Below, one piece after another: positions 20,482 to 30,465 of a DNA stretch of 64,000 nt. Position numbers and translations under genes: made by a program. Position 1 is the first letter of the stretch; every line of letters begins with the position of its first letter. This stretch comes from Bacilli bacterium. Lineage in GTDB: Bacteria > Bacillota_I > Bacilli_A > RF39 > UBA660. Where the stretch lies: assembly GCA_017617435.1 (NCBI GenBank), contig JAFZWF010000014.1:573-64572 (forward strand), read 5' to 3'. The notes under the pieces are model-generated. The model saw nothing but the letters and a program-made list of their open reading frames with translations. It was not told the origin of the DNA and did not search any database.

Positions 20482-21572
20482 AGATTAAAAAACTTATAAT
20501 TATTTTTGTTATATTAATTACTACTGGTTGTTTTAATTATGTTGAAATAAATAATTTAGTGATTGTTAGTGGTATTGGAATCGATTATAAAGATAATAAA
20601 TATGTTGTTACTTTTGAAAACTTATACCAAAATAAAGAATCATCAGATAGTAACTTTGCAACAGGCATTACAAAGACAGCAACTGGTGATACAATAGCAA
20701 ACGCTTTTGATAACATAACATTAAGTTTGGAAAAAAATCCTTATTATGCACATTTAAAAGTTGTAATTATTAGTAGTGAAATAGCAAATAATCATTTAGA
20801 TGAACTCTTTGATTTCTTTTTAAGAAATAATGATATACGAAATATCTTTTCTTTAGTTATATCAAAAGATATAACTCCTCAAGAAATATTTAATTCATCA
20901 AGCAAATACTATCCTGTTGTTAGCGAGCGTATTAAGAACCTTCTTGAAAATAATATTTACTCAAACTATATTTCTAAAAACAAATACTTTAAGAATATTG
21001 CAAGCAATTATTTAAGTGGTGAAAAAAATATTACGTTATCATCTATTTATAAAAAGGATGATGAATTAATTTTAGGTAATTTATTTGTCTTTGATAAGAA
21101 AAAAGTAGTTGGATCACTAAATCAAGAACAAGCATTAATTCTTTCAATTATCGATAATAATAAGCCATCATCTATAATTAAAGTACCATGTAAAATAGAT
21201 AGTGATAAGAAACTTGTTATCAGAATATATGAAAGTAAAACAAAATTTTCAATAAAGAAAAATGAATATAAAATCACAAATAATTTAAGTGCAGAGATCA
21301 TCGAAAATTCATGTAATATTAATTTGGAAAATAAAGAAAGTCAAAAACATATAACCGATAATTTTGAAAAAGAGATATCTAACCAAACAATAGATCTTAT
21401 AAACTATTTAAAAATAATAAATAGTGATATTTTAGGAATAAATAACAAATACTTTGTAAAATATCGTAGTAAAAATAGCAACTATTTTAAAGATAAAAAC
21501 TTTAAAGTTGATACAATTTTAAACATAAATAAAAAAGGATTAATTTTTGAGGTGAAAAATGATAACGAATAA
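20478..21572 (+). CDS. spore germination receptor C subunit (lipoprotein, GerAC/GerKC family)
   Basis: Lipoprotein signal ending TTGC (MKIKKLIIIFVILITTGC). Start ATG overlaps the upstream stop (ATGA). Ger(x)C-like length of about 365 aa. Confidence 0.7.
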   Translation: MKIKKLIIIFVILITTGCFNYVEINNLVIVSGIGIDYKDNKYVVTFENLYQNKESSDSNFATGITKTATGDTIANAFDNITLSLEKNPYYAHLKVVIISSEIANNHLDELFDFFLRNNDIRNIFSLVISKDITPQEIFNSSSKYYPVVSERIKNLLENNIYSNYISKNKYFKNIASNYLSGEKNITLSSIYKKDDELILGNLFVFDKKKVVGSLNQEQALILSIIDNNKPSSIIKVPCKIDSDKKLVIRIYESKTKFSIKKNEYKITNNLSAEIIENSCNINLENKESQKHITDNFEKEISNQTIDLINYLKIINSDILGINNKYFVKYRSKNSNYFKDKNFKVDTILNINKKGLIFEVKNDNE

Positions 21573-22536
21573 ACAAAAATTTTCTTTAATTTATTTTATT
21601 ACTAATAGTTTTTTTCTTGCATCAGGTTATTCTCTTATTTTTAAAGTTTCCGGTAAGGACACGTGGCTCTCGATGATTTTAGGAACACTAATTGGTGCTT
21701 TTTTTATATACCTAATGAATAAATACATATTTAATAAAAATAGTAACAACATATTAACAAAACTTGTAACATACTCTTTTCATATATTTATTATTTTTAT
21801 AAATATTCTTGTAGTAAGAATATTTGCAACTTCTTTTTTTCTTACTAAAACACCTGGGATAGTAATTACTTTACCATTTATATCTCTTGCCTTTATGTGT
21901 TCAAAAAAAGGAATTAATACAATAGTAAAAATGAGTGAATTACTGCTACCAATTAGTTTATTCTTAATAACAATTTCCATGATTGCTGTTTTAAAAGATG
22001 GATCTATTAATTCATTTCTTCCACTTTTAACAGTACCTAAACGTAAAATATTTATTTCAAGTCTATATTATGGTATTTTTACTGCTATTCCCCATTTAAT
22101 GTTATATAACATTAATATTGATGAAAAAATTCATATTAAATCGTATATTTATTCATCATTAATATCAATTTTTATCGGCATTATAATAATTTCAACACTT
22201 GGTCCTTATTTAATAAAAGTTTTTAGATTTCCTGAATATATGGTTCTTAAACAAATTAAACTATTTAACTTTATTGAAAAAATTGAAAACCTGATTGGTT
22301 TAGTATGGTTTTTTGATTTATTCATGTCATCAAGTGTTTGTTTTTATAATTTAAATAAAGTCATAAATAAAAACTTTATAATTGCAATAATTATTGCATC
22401 TATAGTATATTTTGTTGAGTTTGTTTCTAAAAACTATGAATATGCTAACTACATATATAAACATTTACCCATTTTATTATTTATTATAGGTTCTATATTT
22501 TTTATTATATTTTATAGAAATAAAAAAAGTAGCTAA
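21559..22536 (+). CDS. spore germination receptor B subunit (GerAB/GerKB, APC-like permease)
   Basis: 325 aa polytopic membrane protein. Overlaps the C-subunit gene. Third gene of the ger operon. Confidence 0.65.
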   Translation: MITNKQKFSLIYFITNSFFLASGYSLIFKVSGKDTWLSMILGTLIGAFFIYLMNKYIFNKNSNNILTKLVTYSFHIFIIFINILVVRIFATSFFLTKTPGIVITLPFISLAFMCSKKGINTIVKMSELLLPISLFLITISMIAVLKDGSINSFLPLLTVPKRKIFISSLYYGIFTAIPHLMLYNINIDEKIHIKSYIYSSLISIFIGIIIISTLGPYLIKVFRFPEYMVLKQIKLFNFIEKIENLIGLVWFFDLFMSSSVCFYNLNKVINKNFIIAIIIASIVYFVEFVSKNYEYANYIYKHLPILLFIIGSIFFIIFYRNKKSS

Positions 22537-22550
22537 CGCTACTTTATTTT

Positions 22551-22916
22551 TTAAATCCATCTAGCTATATAAACATTTCTAGTTGTGTATTCTTCATAGT
22601 TATTAAATATTGAAACAATACTTTCAACAATGGCTTTTAAAATGTTTGTACAACCCTTTTTAATTTTTACTTTAAGAATTGATTCTTTTAAATTTTTTCT
22701 AAATTCATAATCATCAATATATCTTGATAAAGCATTATCAATTTGATTAACTAGTTTAGTTTCTTCAACATTAGCAAGGTCAATATCAAAGATATAATCT
22801 TGATATATATTAATAAGCTTACGAGATATTTGATCATCTTGGTCGATGTCAAAATTAACAATTTTATGGAAATTAGGGCAATAATTTAAAACCATTTTGT
22901 TACTCATATATGACAC
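22551..22916 (-). CDS. hypothetical protein (121 aa)
   Basis: Clean ORF, convergent with the ger operon. No family recognised. Confidence 0.4.
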   Translation of the reverse strand: MSYMSNKMVLNYCPNFHKIVNFDIDQDDQISRKLINIYQDYIFDIDLANVEETKLVNQIDNALSRYIDDYEFRKNLKESILKVKIKKGCTNILKAIVESIVSIFNNYEEYTTRNVYIARWI

Positions 22917-23024
22917 CTACCTTGATCATAATTTAATAATACTACCTAAAGTTTAAGTTGTCAAAATATTTTCTGTTTTTTATAAAAAAAATTATGGTAT
23001 ACTTTATTTAAAGGTAGTGATTAT

Positions 23025-23996
23025 ATGAAAAAAAAGAAGTATAAATTAAAGATTGATGGCTTTTTATATCTTGCCTTTATTATTGTTGTAATAGTTTTAA
23101 TATTTAAAGGTATTAATGCTTATAAAACTTATAAATACCACAAAACTACCGAATATAAACTTATTACTGCTGGCTACACTGATAAAGAAATAAAGCTTTT
23201 GGATAAATATTTAGATGAAAAAGAACTACTTGCTTTATCAAGTAAGAAAAAGGATAAAAAATTAATTACTTTAATGAGTAATCAACATTATCTTCATAAA
23301 CATTATAATGACTATTTAGAATATATTAGTTTAAATCCTAACAAAGAAATTGATGATGTTGTTAAAACAATAAACCTTCATTTAAATTATGCATTCTATG
23401 AAGATACTACTCCTACTGATACATCAAAAGAATATTTAATTTTAGTAAATAAATATAATTATTTAGGTGAAGATTTTAAACCTGATGATTTAGTTACAAT
23501 ATCAACAAAATATTCTTGGGGAAACTATGGAACTCACACTATTAGAAAAGAAGTATTTGATGCCTTTTTAAAAATGCATGAAGATGCAAATCAAAATGGT
23601 ATATATTTAATGATTAACTCAAGTTATCGAGATTTTAATTCACAAACAATCGTATATAATAACTATTTAAAAAGACATGGTGAACCATATGCAGATAAAT
23701 ATGCAGCAAGACCCGGATTTTCAGAACATCAAACAGGACTTGCACTTGACATATTTAGCATTGAAGGAGCTTTAAGAGATACATTTAAAGATTCAAGTGC
23801 ATACTTATGGCTTAAAGATAACGCTTATAAATATGGTTTTATATTAAGATATCCTGAAGGAAAAGAAAACATTACTGGTTTTTCTTTTGAACCATGGCAC
23901 TATCGATATGTTGGTGTTGATGCTGCAAAATATATATATGAAAATCAAATAACATTTGAAGAATATTATGTATATAATATCGAAAATAAAAAATAG
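23025..23996 (+). CDS. D-alanyl-D-alanine carboxypeptidase, peptidase M15B (VanY-like), membrane-anchored
   Basis: N-terminal TM helix. M15 zinc-binding motifs SxHQTG...D (SEHQTGLALDI) and EPWHYRYVG. Confidence 0.8.
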   Translation: MKKKKYKLKIDGFLYLAFIIVVIVLIFKGINAYKTYKYHKTTEYKLITAGYTDKEIKLLDKYLDEKELLALSSKKKDKKLITLMSNQHYLHKHYNDYLEYISLNPNKEIDDVVKTINLHLNYAFYEDTTPTDTSKEYLILVNKYNYLGEDFKPDDLVTISTKYSWGNYGTHTIRKEVFDAFLKMHEDANQNGIYLMINSSYRDFNSQTIVYNNYLKRHGEPYADKYAARPGFSEHQTGLALDIFSIEGALRDTFKDSSAYLWLKDNAYKYGFILRYPEGKENITGFSFEPWHYRYVGVDAAKYIYENQITFEEYYVYNIENKK

Positions 23997-24026
23997 ATTC
24001 ATAACATAATTATGAATCTATTTTTT

Positions 24027-25082
24027 TTATTTAAATAATCTTAATATATCTTGCCATGTTATAAATAGCATTAATATTAATAGTAGTATGAAACCAATCA
24101 TATGAATAGTATTTTCTATTTTGCTATTTATTGGTTTTCTTCTTATCTTTTCTATAAGCATAAAGAATGCTCTTCCACCGTCAAATGCTGGAAATGGAAG
24201 TATATTAATAAATCCAACATTAATACTTAAAAATGCTGTAATATAGATTAAATATGAAATTCCAATAGAAAGCCCACTATTAACAACTTGATAAACACCA
24301 ACAGGACCAGATAAATTTTTAAGTGAAAGTTTTCCAATAAACAAGTTTGATATTGTTAACCACATGGTTTCAATTACACCAATAAATTTAGTAAATGCAA
24401 ATTTAACACTTGAAAGGAAACCTTTACTTACCTTTTCTTTTACACTAAACCCAAATACATATCGATCCATTTTGAGTTCTTCATCATAAATCTTTTTCGG
24501 TTTTATATTGTATGTATCAAACTCACCATTTTTATGTTTAACTTTAATACTATATGTATTATTTTTTGATTTTAATACTAAAAGTATCTGCGCTTTATCC
24601 CATGAGTTAACTTTCTTATTATTTATAGCAACAATTAAATCATCTTTTCTTATTCCTGCTTCATACATTGGATATGATTTTTCAACATGAGATATTATTG
24701 GTTTATCAGATGGAGAACCCCATATTAATGCATAAACAAAAAGCAAAACGATAGCCAAAATAAAATTATTAATAACTCCCGCAACAATGATTATAATTCT
24801 TTGATGCCATGGACGGTTACACATAAATTTTTCTTTAGGTATTTTGTTATCATCCTCATAAACTTCTCCAGCCATCTGGACAAAACCACCTATTGGTAAA
24901 AGACGAAGACGATATTTAATATCGTCTTTACCAGTATGTGTAAATATTACAGGACCCATACCTATTGAAAATTCATATATATGAACACCAAATTTACGAG
25001 CCCACATGTAATGACCAAATTCATGAACGAGAACAATTAGACCTAAAATAAAGATAAATACAATGATAGATAATAATGTCAA
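24027..25082 (-). CDS. rseP: site-2 zinc metalloprotease RseP/RasP (M50 family with PDZ domain)
   Basis: HEFGHY motif in TM1, central PDZ-like region, C-terminal LDGG-type motif (FPAFDGGR). Located downstream of cdsA as in Bacillus. Confidence 0.85.
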   Translation of the reverse strand: MTLLSIIVFIFILGLIVLVHEFGHYMWARKFGVHIYEFSIGMGPVIFTHTGKDDIKYRLRLLPIGGFVQMAGEVYEDDNKIPKEKFMCNRPWHQRIIIIVAGVINNFILAIVLLFVYALIWGSPSDKPIISHVEKSYPMYEAGIRKDDLIVAINNKKVNSWDKAQILLVLKSKNNTYSIKVKHKNGEFDTYNIKPKKIYDEELKMDRYVFGFSVKEKVSKGFLSSVKFAFTKFIGVIETMWLTISNLFIGKLSLKNLSGPVGVYQVVNSGLSIGISYLIYITAFLSINVGFINILPFPAFDGGRAFFMLIEKIRRKPINSKIENTIHMIGFILLLILMLFITWQDILRLFK

Positions 25083-25113
25083 TTTTTTCTCCTCCTATAC
25101 ATAATAATATAAA

Positions 25114-25920
25114 CTAAATATATGAAATAAAAATTAAATATGTTATAACTACAAAGCATAAACTATCAAGACGGTCAAGAATACCTCCGTGACCTGGCAT
25201 GATATTTGAAAAATCTTTAATATTATTTTCTCTTTTAATTTTACTAAAGAACAAATCTCCTAGCTGATCAATAACTGTTAAAAATAATGTTATTAATACA
25301 AGTTTATATGAAAATTTACCAACATAATTTATGTAGTATATTACGGGAATTATTGTTCCTAAAATGCTTCCCCCAATACATCCTTCAATTGTTTTCTTTG
25401 GACTTATATTTGGAGTTACTTTATGCTTACCTATAAGCATACCAGTAAACATCGCAAATGCATCTGTTAAAGTACATATTAATATTAAATATACAATTAA
25501 ATGGATGGACATTGAGCGAACTAAAATAAATGAATTAAATACAAGCCCTAGGAATAAAATAACACCTGTTAAATAAAAAGCTTCACGAGTAGTATACTCG
25601 TTATTCTTGTAGAAAAGTGTCGGAATAAGAAGCGTTAGTAAAGAAATAGCAACTATTTTATATGGTAAGGTAAATACAATTATTGACTCATCACATTCTG
25701 AAAAGATTAAAAGACATAAGTCAACTAAACCGATTGCTTTTATAACGTTTGGTATTTCACGTGAGTTTTCTTTTAAATCAAGTATTTCTTTATAAGCAAG
25801 AACTCCTAAAACACCAGCAAGAAATGAAAAATAATTTCCTCCTAGTATTAAAAGGGGTACTACAATAGCAAGAGCTACAATTGCAGATATTATTCTTTTT
25901 TTCATATTATCAATCTCCAT
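25114..25920 (-). CDS. cdsA: phosphatidate cytidylyltransferase CdsA
   Basis: C-terminal CdsA signature (KRENNIKDFSNIMPGHGGILDRLDS). 268 aa polytopic. Confidence 0.85.
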   Translation of the reverse strand: MEIDNMKKRIISAIVALAIVVPLLILGGNYFSFLAGVLGVLAYKEILDLKENSREIPNVIKAIGLVDLCLLIFSECDESIIVFTLPYKIVAISLLTLLIPTLFYKNNEYTTREAFYLTGVILFLGLVFNSFILVRSMSIHLIVYLILICTLTDAFAMFTGMLIGKHKVTPNISPKKTIEGCIGGSILGTIIPVIYYINYVGKFSYKLVLITLFLTVIDQLGDLFFSKIKRENNIKDFSNIMPGHGGILDRLDSLCFVVITYLIFISYI

Positions 25921-25979
25921 TAACCATAAAAAGTATACTATATTAATATTATTATAGTCAAATAATTAGATTCTTTTAA

Positions 25980-26993
25980 CTAATTACTTTTTTTTAATTT
26001 TTCTAAATAATTTATTGCATCATCTAAAGTTTCAACTTTAACAATGTTAATTTTAAGTTTATGTTTCTTTTTAATTTTTACAGCTTCTTTGTAATTTGCT
26101 TTTGGGACAAAGAAAACATCAACATTTTTCTTTTCTGCACCTAATAGTTTATATTTTATACCGCTTATTTCACCAACATAACCATCTAAATCTATTGTAC
26201 CAGTACCTGCTACTTTTAAACCTTTAGATAGATTAGATTTTGAAAAATAATCATATAAAGCAAGTGCATCCATGAATCCACCACTTGGTCCGGACTCACT
26301 TGATGAATTATTAAATTCAACTTTATATTCTGATGAAACAATATTATCGCGGTATATTCCAACACCTATTATTTTTCTATCACCTTGATCATGAAGTTTT
26401 TGGTTAAAAGATACTTTTTTACCATTTCTTATAACAACTAAATCTACATTATTATCTGTGCTGTTATAAATACAATTGCTTAAGTCATCATAACCAGATA
26501 TATCAGTTTCATCACACTTAATAATTTGATCATTATACTCTAAATCATTTTTAAAATCTTTATCTTTATAATAAACATATAATTTTTCATTCTTTAATGT
26601 ATATGGAATTGATAATTTATCAAATACAACCATTAAAGCTATACTATGTGATTCATTCATAGATAATTTTTCGAGTTTAAAATTCTCATCATAATCAATA
26701 TCATCATAAGTATATTCATTAAGTTTTACAATATCCCAGTTTGGCACTATTAACCCCATAACTACTGAAATAACTGTTCCTTTATTAACACTTACATAAG
26801 ATGAATTAAAGTTACCTTCTATACTTTTTCCATCAACTTTTATTTGATTTTTTAAATTAATAATTCCTCCAGGCCTTTCTACTATATATGGAAGTTTAAT
26901 ATTTAAAACTAATGTAAGTAATATTAAAAACAAAATAAAATTATGATTTTCGATAATATATTTTTTTATTTTTGTATATAATTTACTGAACAT
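25980..26993 (-). CDS. YlbL-like membrane-anchored S16 (Lon C-terminal-domain-like) serine peptidase
   Basis: N-terminal TM helix. C-terminal Lon-like proteolytic region with GPSGG plus a downstream Lys. 337 aa, the same size as B. subtilis YlbL. Confidence 0.55.
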   Translation of the reverse strand: MFSKLYTKIKKYIIENHNFILFLILLTLVLNIKLPYIVERPGGIINLKNQIKVDGKSIEGNFNSSYVSVNKGTVISVVMGLIVPNWDIVKLNEYTYDDIDYDENFKLEKLSMNESHSIALMVVFDKLSIPYTLKNEKLYVYYKDKDFKNDLEYNDQIIKCDETDISGYDDLSNCIYNSTDNNVDLVVIRNGKKVSFNQKLHDQGDRKIIGVGIYRDNIVSSEYKVEFNNSSSESGPSGGFMDALALYDYFSKSNLSKGLKVAGTGTIDLDGYVGEISGIKYKLLGAEKKNVDVFFVPKANYKEAVKIKKKHKLKINIVKVETLDDAINYLEKLKKSN

Positions 26994-27031
26994 AATATCA
27001 CCTCTATAATTATATCATTTAAGGGCTTAAT

Positions 27032-27778
27032 ATGAAGAAAATCGTAATTCAATTTATACTTATATTTACAATATTATTTGTTTTATTTAAATATAATTAT
27101 GAAATAAAAGTAAATTTATATAATACATTAATTAATATTATGAGAAATATACTTCCATCTATGTTTCCTATTTTGTTCATAACTAATTATATTAATGAAA
27201 ATATAAATATAAAAAATAAAGTAATTAAATTTATATCACTTTCGCTTTCTTTTTCACCTAGTAATATATTACTTTCATTAAATAATAAAGAAATTATATT
27301 TTCATCAAACATTAATACTTTATTTTCATTTATTATGTTAAAGCAAATGTTTAATAAATACACTGCCCTTAAAATAATTATGGTAAATTTAATTATAAAT
27401 TATATATTTTTATTTAAATCAATAATAATAGAAAATAAAAAAATAACTAATAAAGATATTTCATACTTAATTAAAAAAACTACTGAGGGAATGATTAACA
27501 TTTGTGGAACTATAGTGTTCTTTAATATTATTATTTCAATTTTTAATATATTTTTTAAAAGCAAAATAATTGTATTTGCTGAAATATGTAATGGATTTAA
27601 TATAATTAAAAAATTTAAAAAACATAAATTATTTTATGCAACACTACTTAATAGTTTTGGTGGTTTATCAATATATTTTCAAATGAAATCTATTAATAAT
27701 AATTTTAAATATAAAATTATTTTATATAAATTCATCATTTCATTATTAATCACTTGTATAACACTACTTATAATTTAA
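27032..27778 (+). CDS. polytopic membrane protein (possibly Gate/nucleoside-recognition-domain type, YlbJ-like)
   Basis: 248 aa, very hydrophobic. Divergent from the ylbL-like gene. Followed by the bidirectional terminator at 27775..27813. Confidence 0.4.
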   Translation: MKKIVIQFILIFTILFVLFKYNYEIKVNLYNTLINIMRNILPSMFPILFITNYINENINIKNKVIKFISLSLSFSPSNILLSLNNKEIIFSSNINTLFSFIMLKQMFNKYTALKIIMVNLIINYIFLFKSIIIENKKITNKDISYLIKKTTEGMINICGTIVFFNIIISIFNIFFKSKIIVFAEICNGFNIIKKFKKHKLFYATLLNSFGGLSIYFQMKSINNNFKYKIILYKFIISLLITCITLLII

Positions 27779-27813
27779 AAAAGATTTAAACTATTTTCAG
27801 TTTAAATCTTTTT
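27775..27813. terminator. bidirectional terminator between the convergent membrane-protein gene and the pilin-like giant gene
   Basis: AAGATTTAAACT-attttc-AGTTTAAATCTT, a 12-bp perfect stem with flanking A/T runs. Confidence 0.6.
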
Positions 27814-27816
27814 AAA

Positions 27817-30453
27817 TTATTCTACAAAGCGGTAATCAGCTTTTACTTCTTCTAATGTTTTAGTTGTAAATGATAGGTAGTATATTTTACCTGTATTATT
27901 ACTTTCAGTAGCATTTGTATAACAATCTGTATAGAATTTTAAGTCATTTCTTGTTTCACCACTAATATCAGCAGCATAAATATCAGATGCTACATTTTCA
28001 AAAGTAGGTTTATAGAATGTTCTTCCACTTAAATTTACATTATATGGATCACTACTAAAACCAATACGTCCACCAGTATAGAAGTTTTCTTTTCTTATTA
28101 TAACTGTATTATATAGTGATAAATCAATTGTATCAGTATATAAAATATTGTATACACCAACACCACCATTAAATATAATAGCATCGTTTGCAAATGTTGC
28201 ACGTTTTGCTGGATTATTATCATCAAGCCTATGTTCATTATGAAGTGATTCATATGAAATACCATTTGAATAATATACGTGGTTGGAATAATCTATTGTG
28301 TTTCCTCTTCCAACATATGTAACTTTTGCATAACCATTACCAATTTTCATCTTTTTAGGTGTTGGTTCGCGAGTTGCTTCTGATGCTGCAACAGCAACAG
28401 TTTTTGTAAGTGGAGATGTACTTGTAGTACAGTTAGTTGATGTGTTAATGCAAATCATTAAACCATCAGAAACATAACCGCTACCAATATAACTAGTTCC
28501 ACCACCAGCTCCAGCACAAGCTTTGCCAGAAGAACCTCCACCATATAGGCCTCCGCCACCACCGGCTCCACCATATGTTGGACTTAAGAATCTTGCACCA
28601 TTTCCAAATGTTCCAGAGTTATCAGGATTACTTGTTGTGTATCCACCAGATGATTGAGTTGCTCCAGTTCCAGATTCGTTAGTTGTACAAGCGTTTAAAC
28701 CTGTATTTCCAGTTATACCTCCAGCAGATCCACCTTTTGCATTTCCTTGAGTGGCACTACCTCCACCACCTCCAGCAGCAACAAGTAAATTATTTAAATC
28801 ATTTTCAAAATCTTCAAGTGGTCCAGATGTTAAAGCAATATGTGTTGCTCCTCCACCACCATAACCATTATATATATTAAAATCTTTACCAGCACCTCCG
28901 CCGTTATATCCACCGGATGATCCTGTAGGTTGACCACCAACATTAATATATAAAGTTTGACCAGTACTTAAATATACACTAGTAGTTGCGTAACCTCCAT
29001 AACCACCATCAGTATCGTTTGCGCCTCCACCTTGAGCACCCCAAGTTTCTAACTTATATGTTCCACTTGCAGGAACTGTGAAAGCTTGTTCTGATCCAGT
29101 ATAGTCATAATTATATTCTTTACTAATTAAAGTAATTTTTGCAGCTCCGCTTCCAAGTTTAGCATAACCACTAATTGGAAGAGCTGATTTATTATTTGTT
29201 GAAATAGTTTTAGTACTTGCTGCTGTACTTTCAGTACAGTGATAACAGTATACAACACCATTTGATAAATTAGCGTTACCAATGTAGCTAGATCCTCCAC
29301 CAGCTCCAGCGCTTGTTTTAGATGATCCACCACCGCCATATAGGCCTCCGCCACCTCCGGCTCCACCTAAAGGATTGTTACTTGAATCAGTTGTTGCATA
29401 GTAATTTGCACCTTTACCAAATGTACCAACATTTCCACTAAGTGATGCTGTTGTTCCACCTGCAGTTTGCGTTGCACCAATTCCATAATATGCTGTTGAT
29501 GATTCAGTGCTTATTCCACTTACACCAGTGATTCCACCACCAGATCCACCTTTAGATCCGTTAGTGTTACCACCTCCACCACCACCAGCAGCAGCGATAA
29601 GTAAATTTGTTTGATTTGTACTAAAGCTTGATAAAACACCAGATGATAAAGCTATACTTGTAGCTCCACCACCACCATAACCAATGACAGTGTTATTTGA
29701 TGTTGCTCCACCATTTCCACCACCATTATATCCACCGGTTAATCCATCTCCTTGGCCACCGATATTAATCATTAATCTTTGACCTTCGGTTAAACTTATT
29801 TCGCCAGCAGCGTAAGCTCCATATCCACCATCACCATCATATTTAGATGCTCCTTGAGCTCCCCATACTTCTAGTAGATATACTCCTGTTTTTGGTACTT
29901 CATATATTTGTTGTTCACCAGTTGATGACATGTAAGAATTTCCTATATTTCGAACCCAATAGATTTCAATATCATCAAGTGATGTTGAATCCATACCTTT
30001 TTTCTCTGTTTTAAATGTAATTCTGTAATAGTCATATCCATAATATGAACCATGTTTATAAATAAACATTGGATCGTACCATGCATTTGAATCACTCATA
30101 ACATATTTTTCTTTTAATAAGACAGTATTTCCATTTTTATGTAAAATACTAAAATATGTTTTCTCAACATTAATAGTTAGAGAGTTACCTGAACATAAAT
30201 TAAATACAATTACTGCTTTTGTTGAGCTAGAACCAGAAGTTGAGAAAGAACATATTCCTTCTTCCGAAACAATAGTTCCGATACTTCCCATTATTTGATT
30301 TCTTTTAACTTGGTTTGATCTAATATAACCAATAGATTTTTCATCATTTCTAACAGTATTTATTAATCTAAATAGGAAGACAACAACAACAGAAATAAGA
30401 GCAACGCAAATTAAAAGTTCAAGTAAAGTAAAACCTTTGTTTTTCTTTTTCAC
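27817..30453 (-). CDS. type-IV-pilin-like (prepilin N-terminal methylation motif) giant protein with two tandem glycine-rich repeat domains of about 250 aa
   Basis: GTG start with strong RBS (AGGGGGA). N-terminus MKKKNKG|FTLLELLICVALISVVVV is a class III signal sequence (G-1, F+1, E+5). Two internally homologous Gly-rich modules (YEVPKTGVYLLEVWGAQGA... and FTVPASGTYKLETWGAQGG...) each contain GGGGAT.IAL, LLxAAGGGGG, GGAGGGGGLYGGG and AGAGGGxSYIG blocks. Confidence 0.8.
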   Translation of the reverse strand: MKKKNKGFTLLELLICVALISVVVVFLFRLINTVRNDEKSIGYIRSNQVKRNQIMGSIGTIVSEEGICSFSTSGSSSTKAVIVFNLCSGNSLTINVEKTYFSILHKNGNTVLLKEKYVMSDSNAWYDPMFIYKHGSYYGYDYYRITFKTEKKGMDSTSLDDIEIYWVRNIGNSYMSSTGEQQIYEVPKTGVYLLEVWGAQGASKYDGDGGYGAYAAGEISLTEGQRLMINIGGQGDGLTGGYNGGGNGGATSNNTVIGYGGGGATSIALSSGVLSSFSTNQTNLLIAAAGGGGGGNTNGSKGGSGGGITGVSGISTESSTAYYGIGATQTAGGTTASLSGNVGTFGKGANYYATTDSSNNPLGGAGGGGGLYGGGGSSKTSAGAGGGSSYIGNANLSNGVVYCYHCTESTAASTKTISTNNKSALPISGYAKLGSGAAKITLISKEYNYDYTGSEQAFTVPASGTYKLETWGAQGGGANDTDGGYGGYATTSVYLSTGQTLYINVGGQPTGSSGGYNGGGAGKDFNIYNGYGGGGATHIALTSGPLEDFENDLNNLLVAAGGGGGSATQGNAKGGSAGGITGNTGLNACTTNESGTGATQSSGGYTTSNPDNSGTFGNGARFLSPTYGGAGGGGGLYGGGSSGKACAGAGGGTSYIGSGYVSDGLMICINTSTNCTTSTSPLTKTVAVAASEATREPTPKKMKIGNGYAKVTYVGRGNTIDYSNHVYYSNGISYESLHNEHRLDDNNPAKRATFANDAIIFNGGVGVYNILYTDTIDLSLYNTVIIRKENFYTGGRIGFSSDPYNVNLSGRTFYKPTFENVASDIYAADISGETRNDLKFYTDCYTNATESNNTGKIYYLSFTTKTLEEVKADYRFVE

Positions 30454-30465
30454 TTTCTTATCCCC

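Noticed and set aside
28683-29366. Plus-strand ORFs 28683..28880 and 29127..29366 (Q/L/H-rich)
   Set aside because: They are antisense to the Gly-rich repeats of the 878-aa gene. Glycine codons GGN read in reverse give CCN/NCC-rich low-complexity frames, so these are artefacts of the repeat.
27817-30453. Collagen-like or PE_PGRS-like interpretation of the Gly-rich gene
   Set aside because: There is no Gly-X-Y triplet periodicity. Glycines come in GGGGG or GGxGG blocks separated by conserved hydrophobic segments, consistent with poly-Gly-II helix domains rather than collagen.
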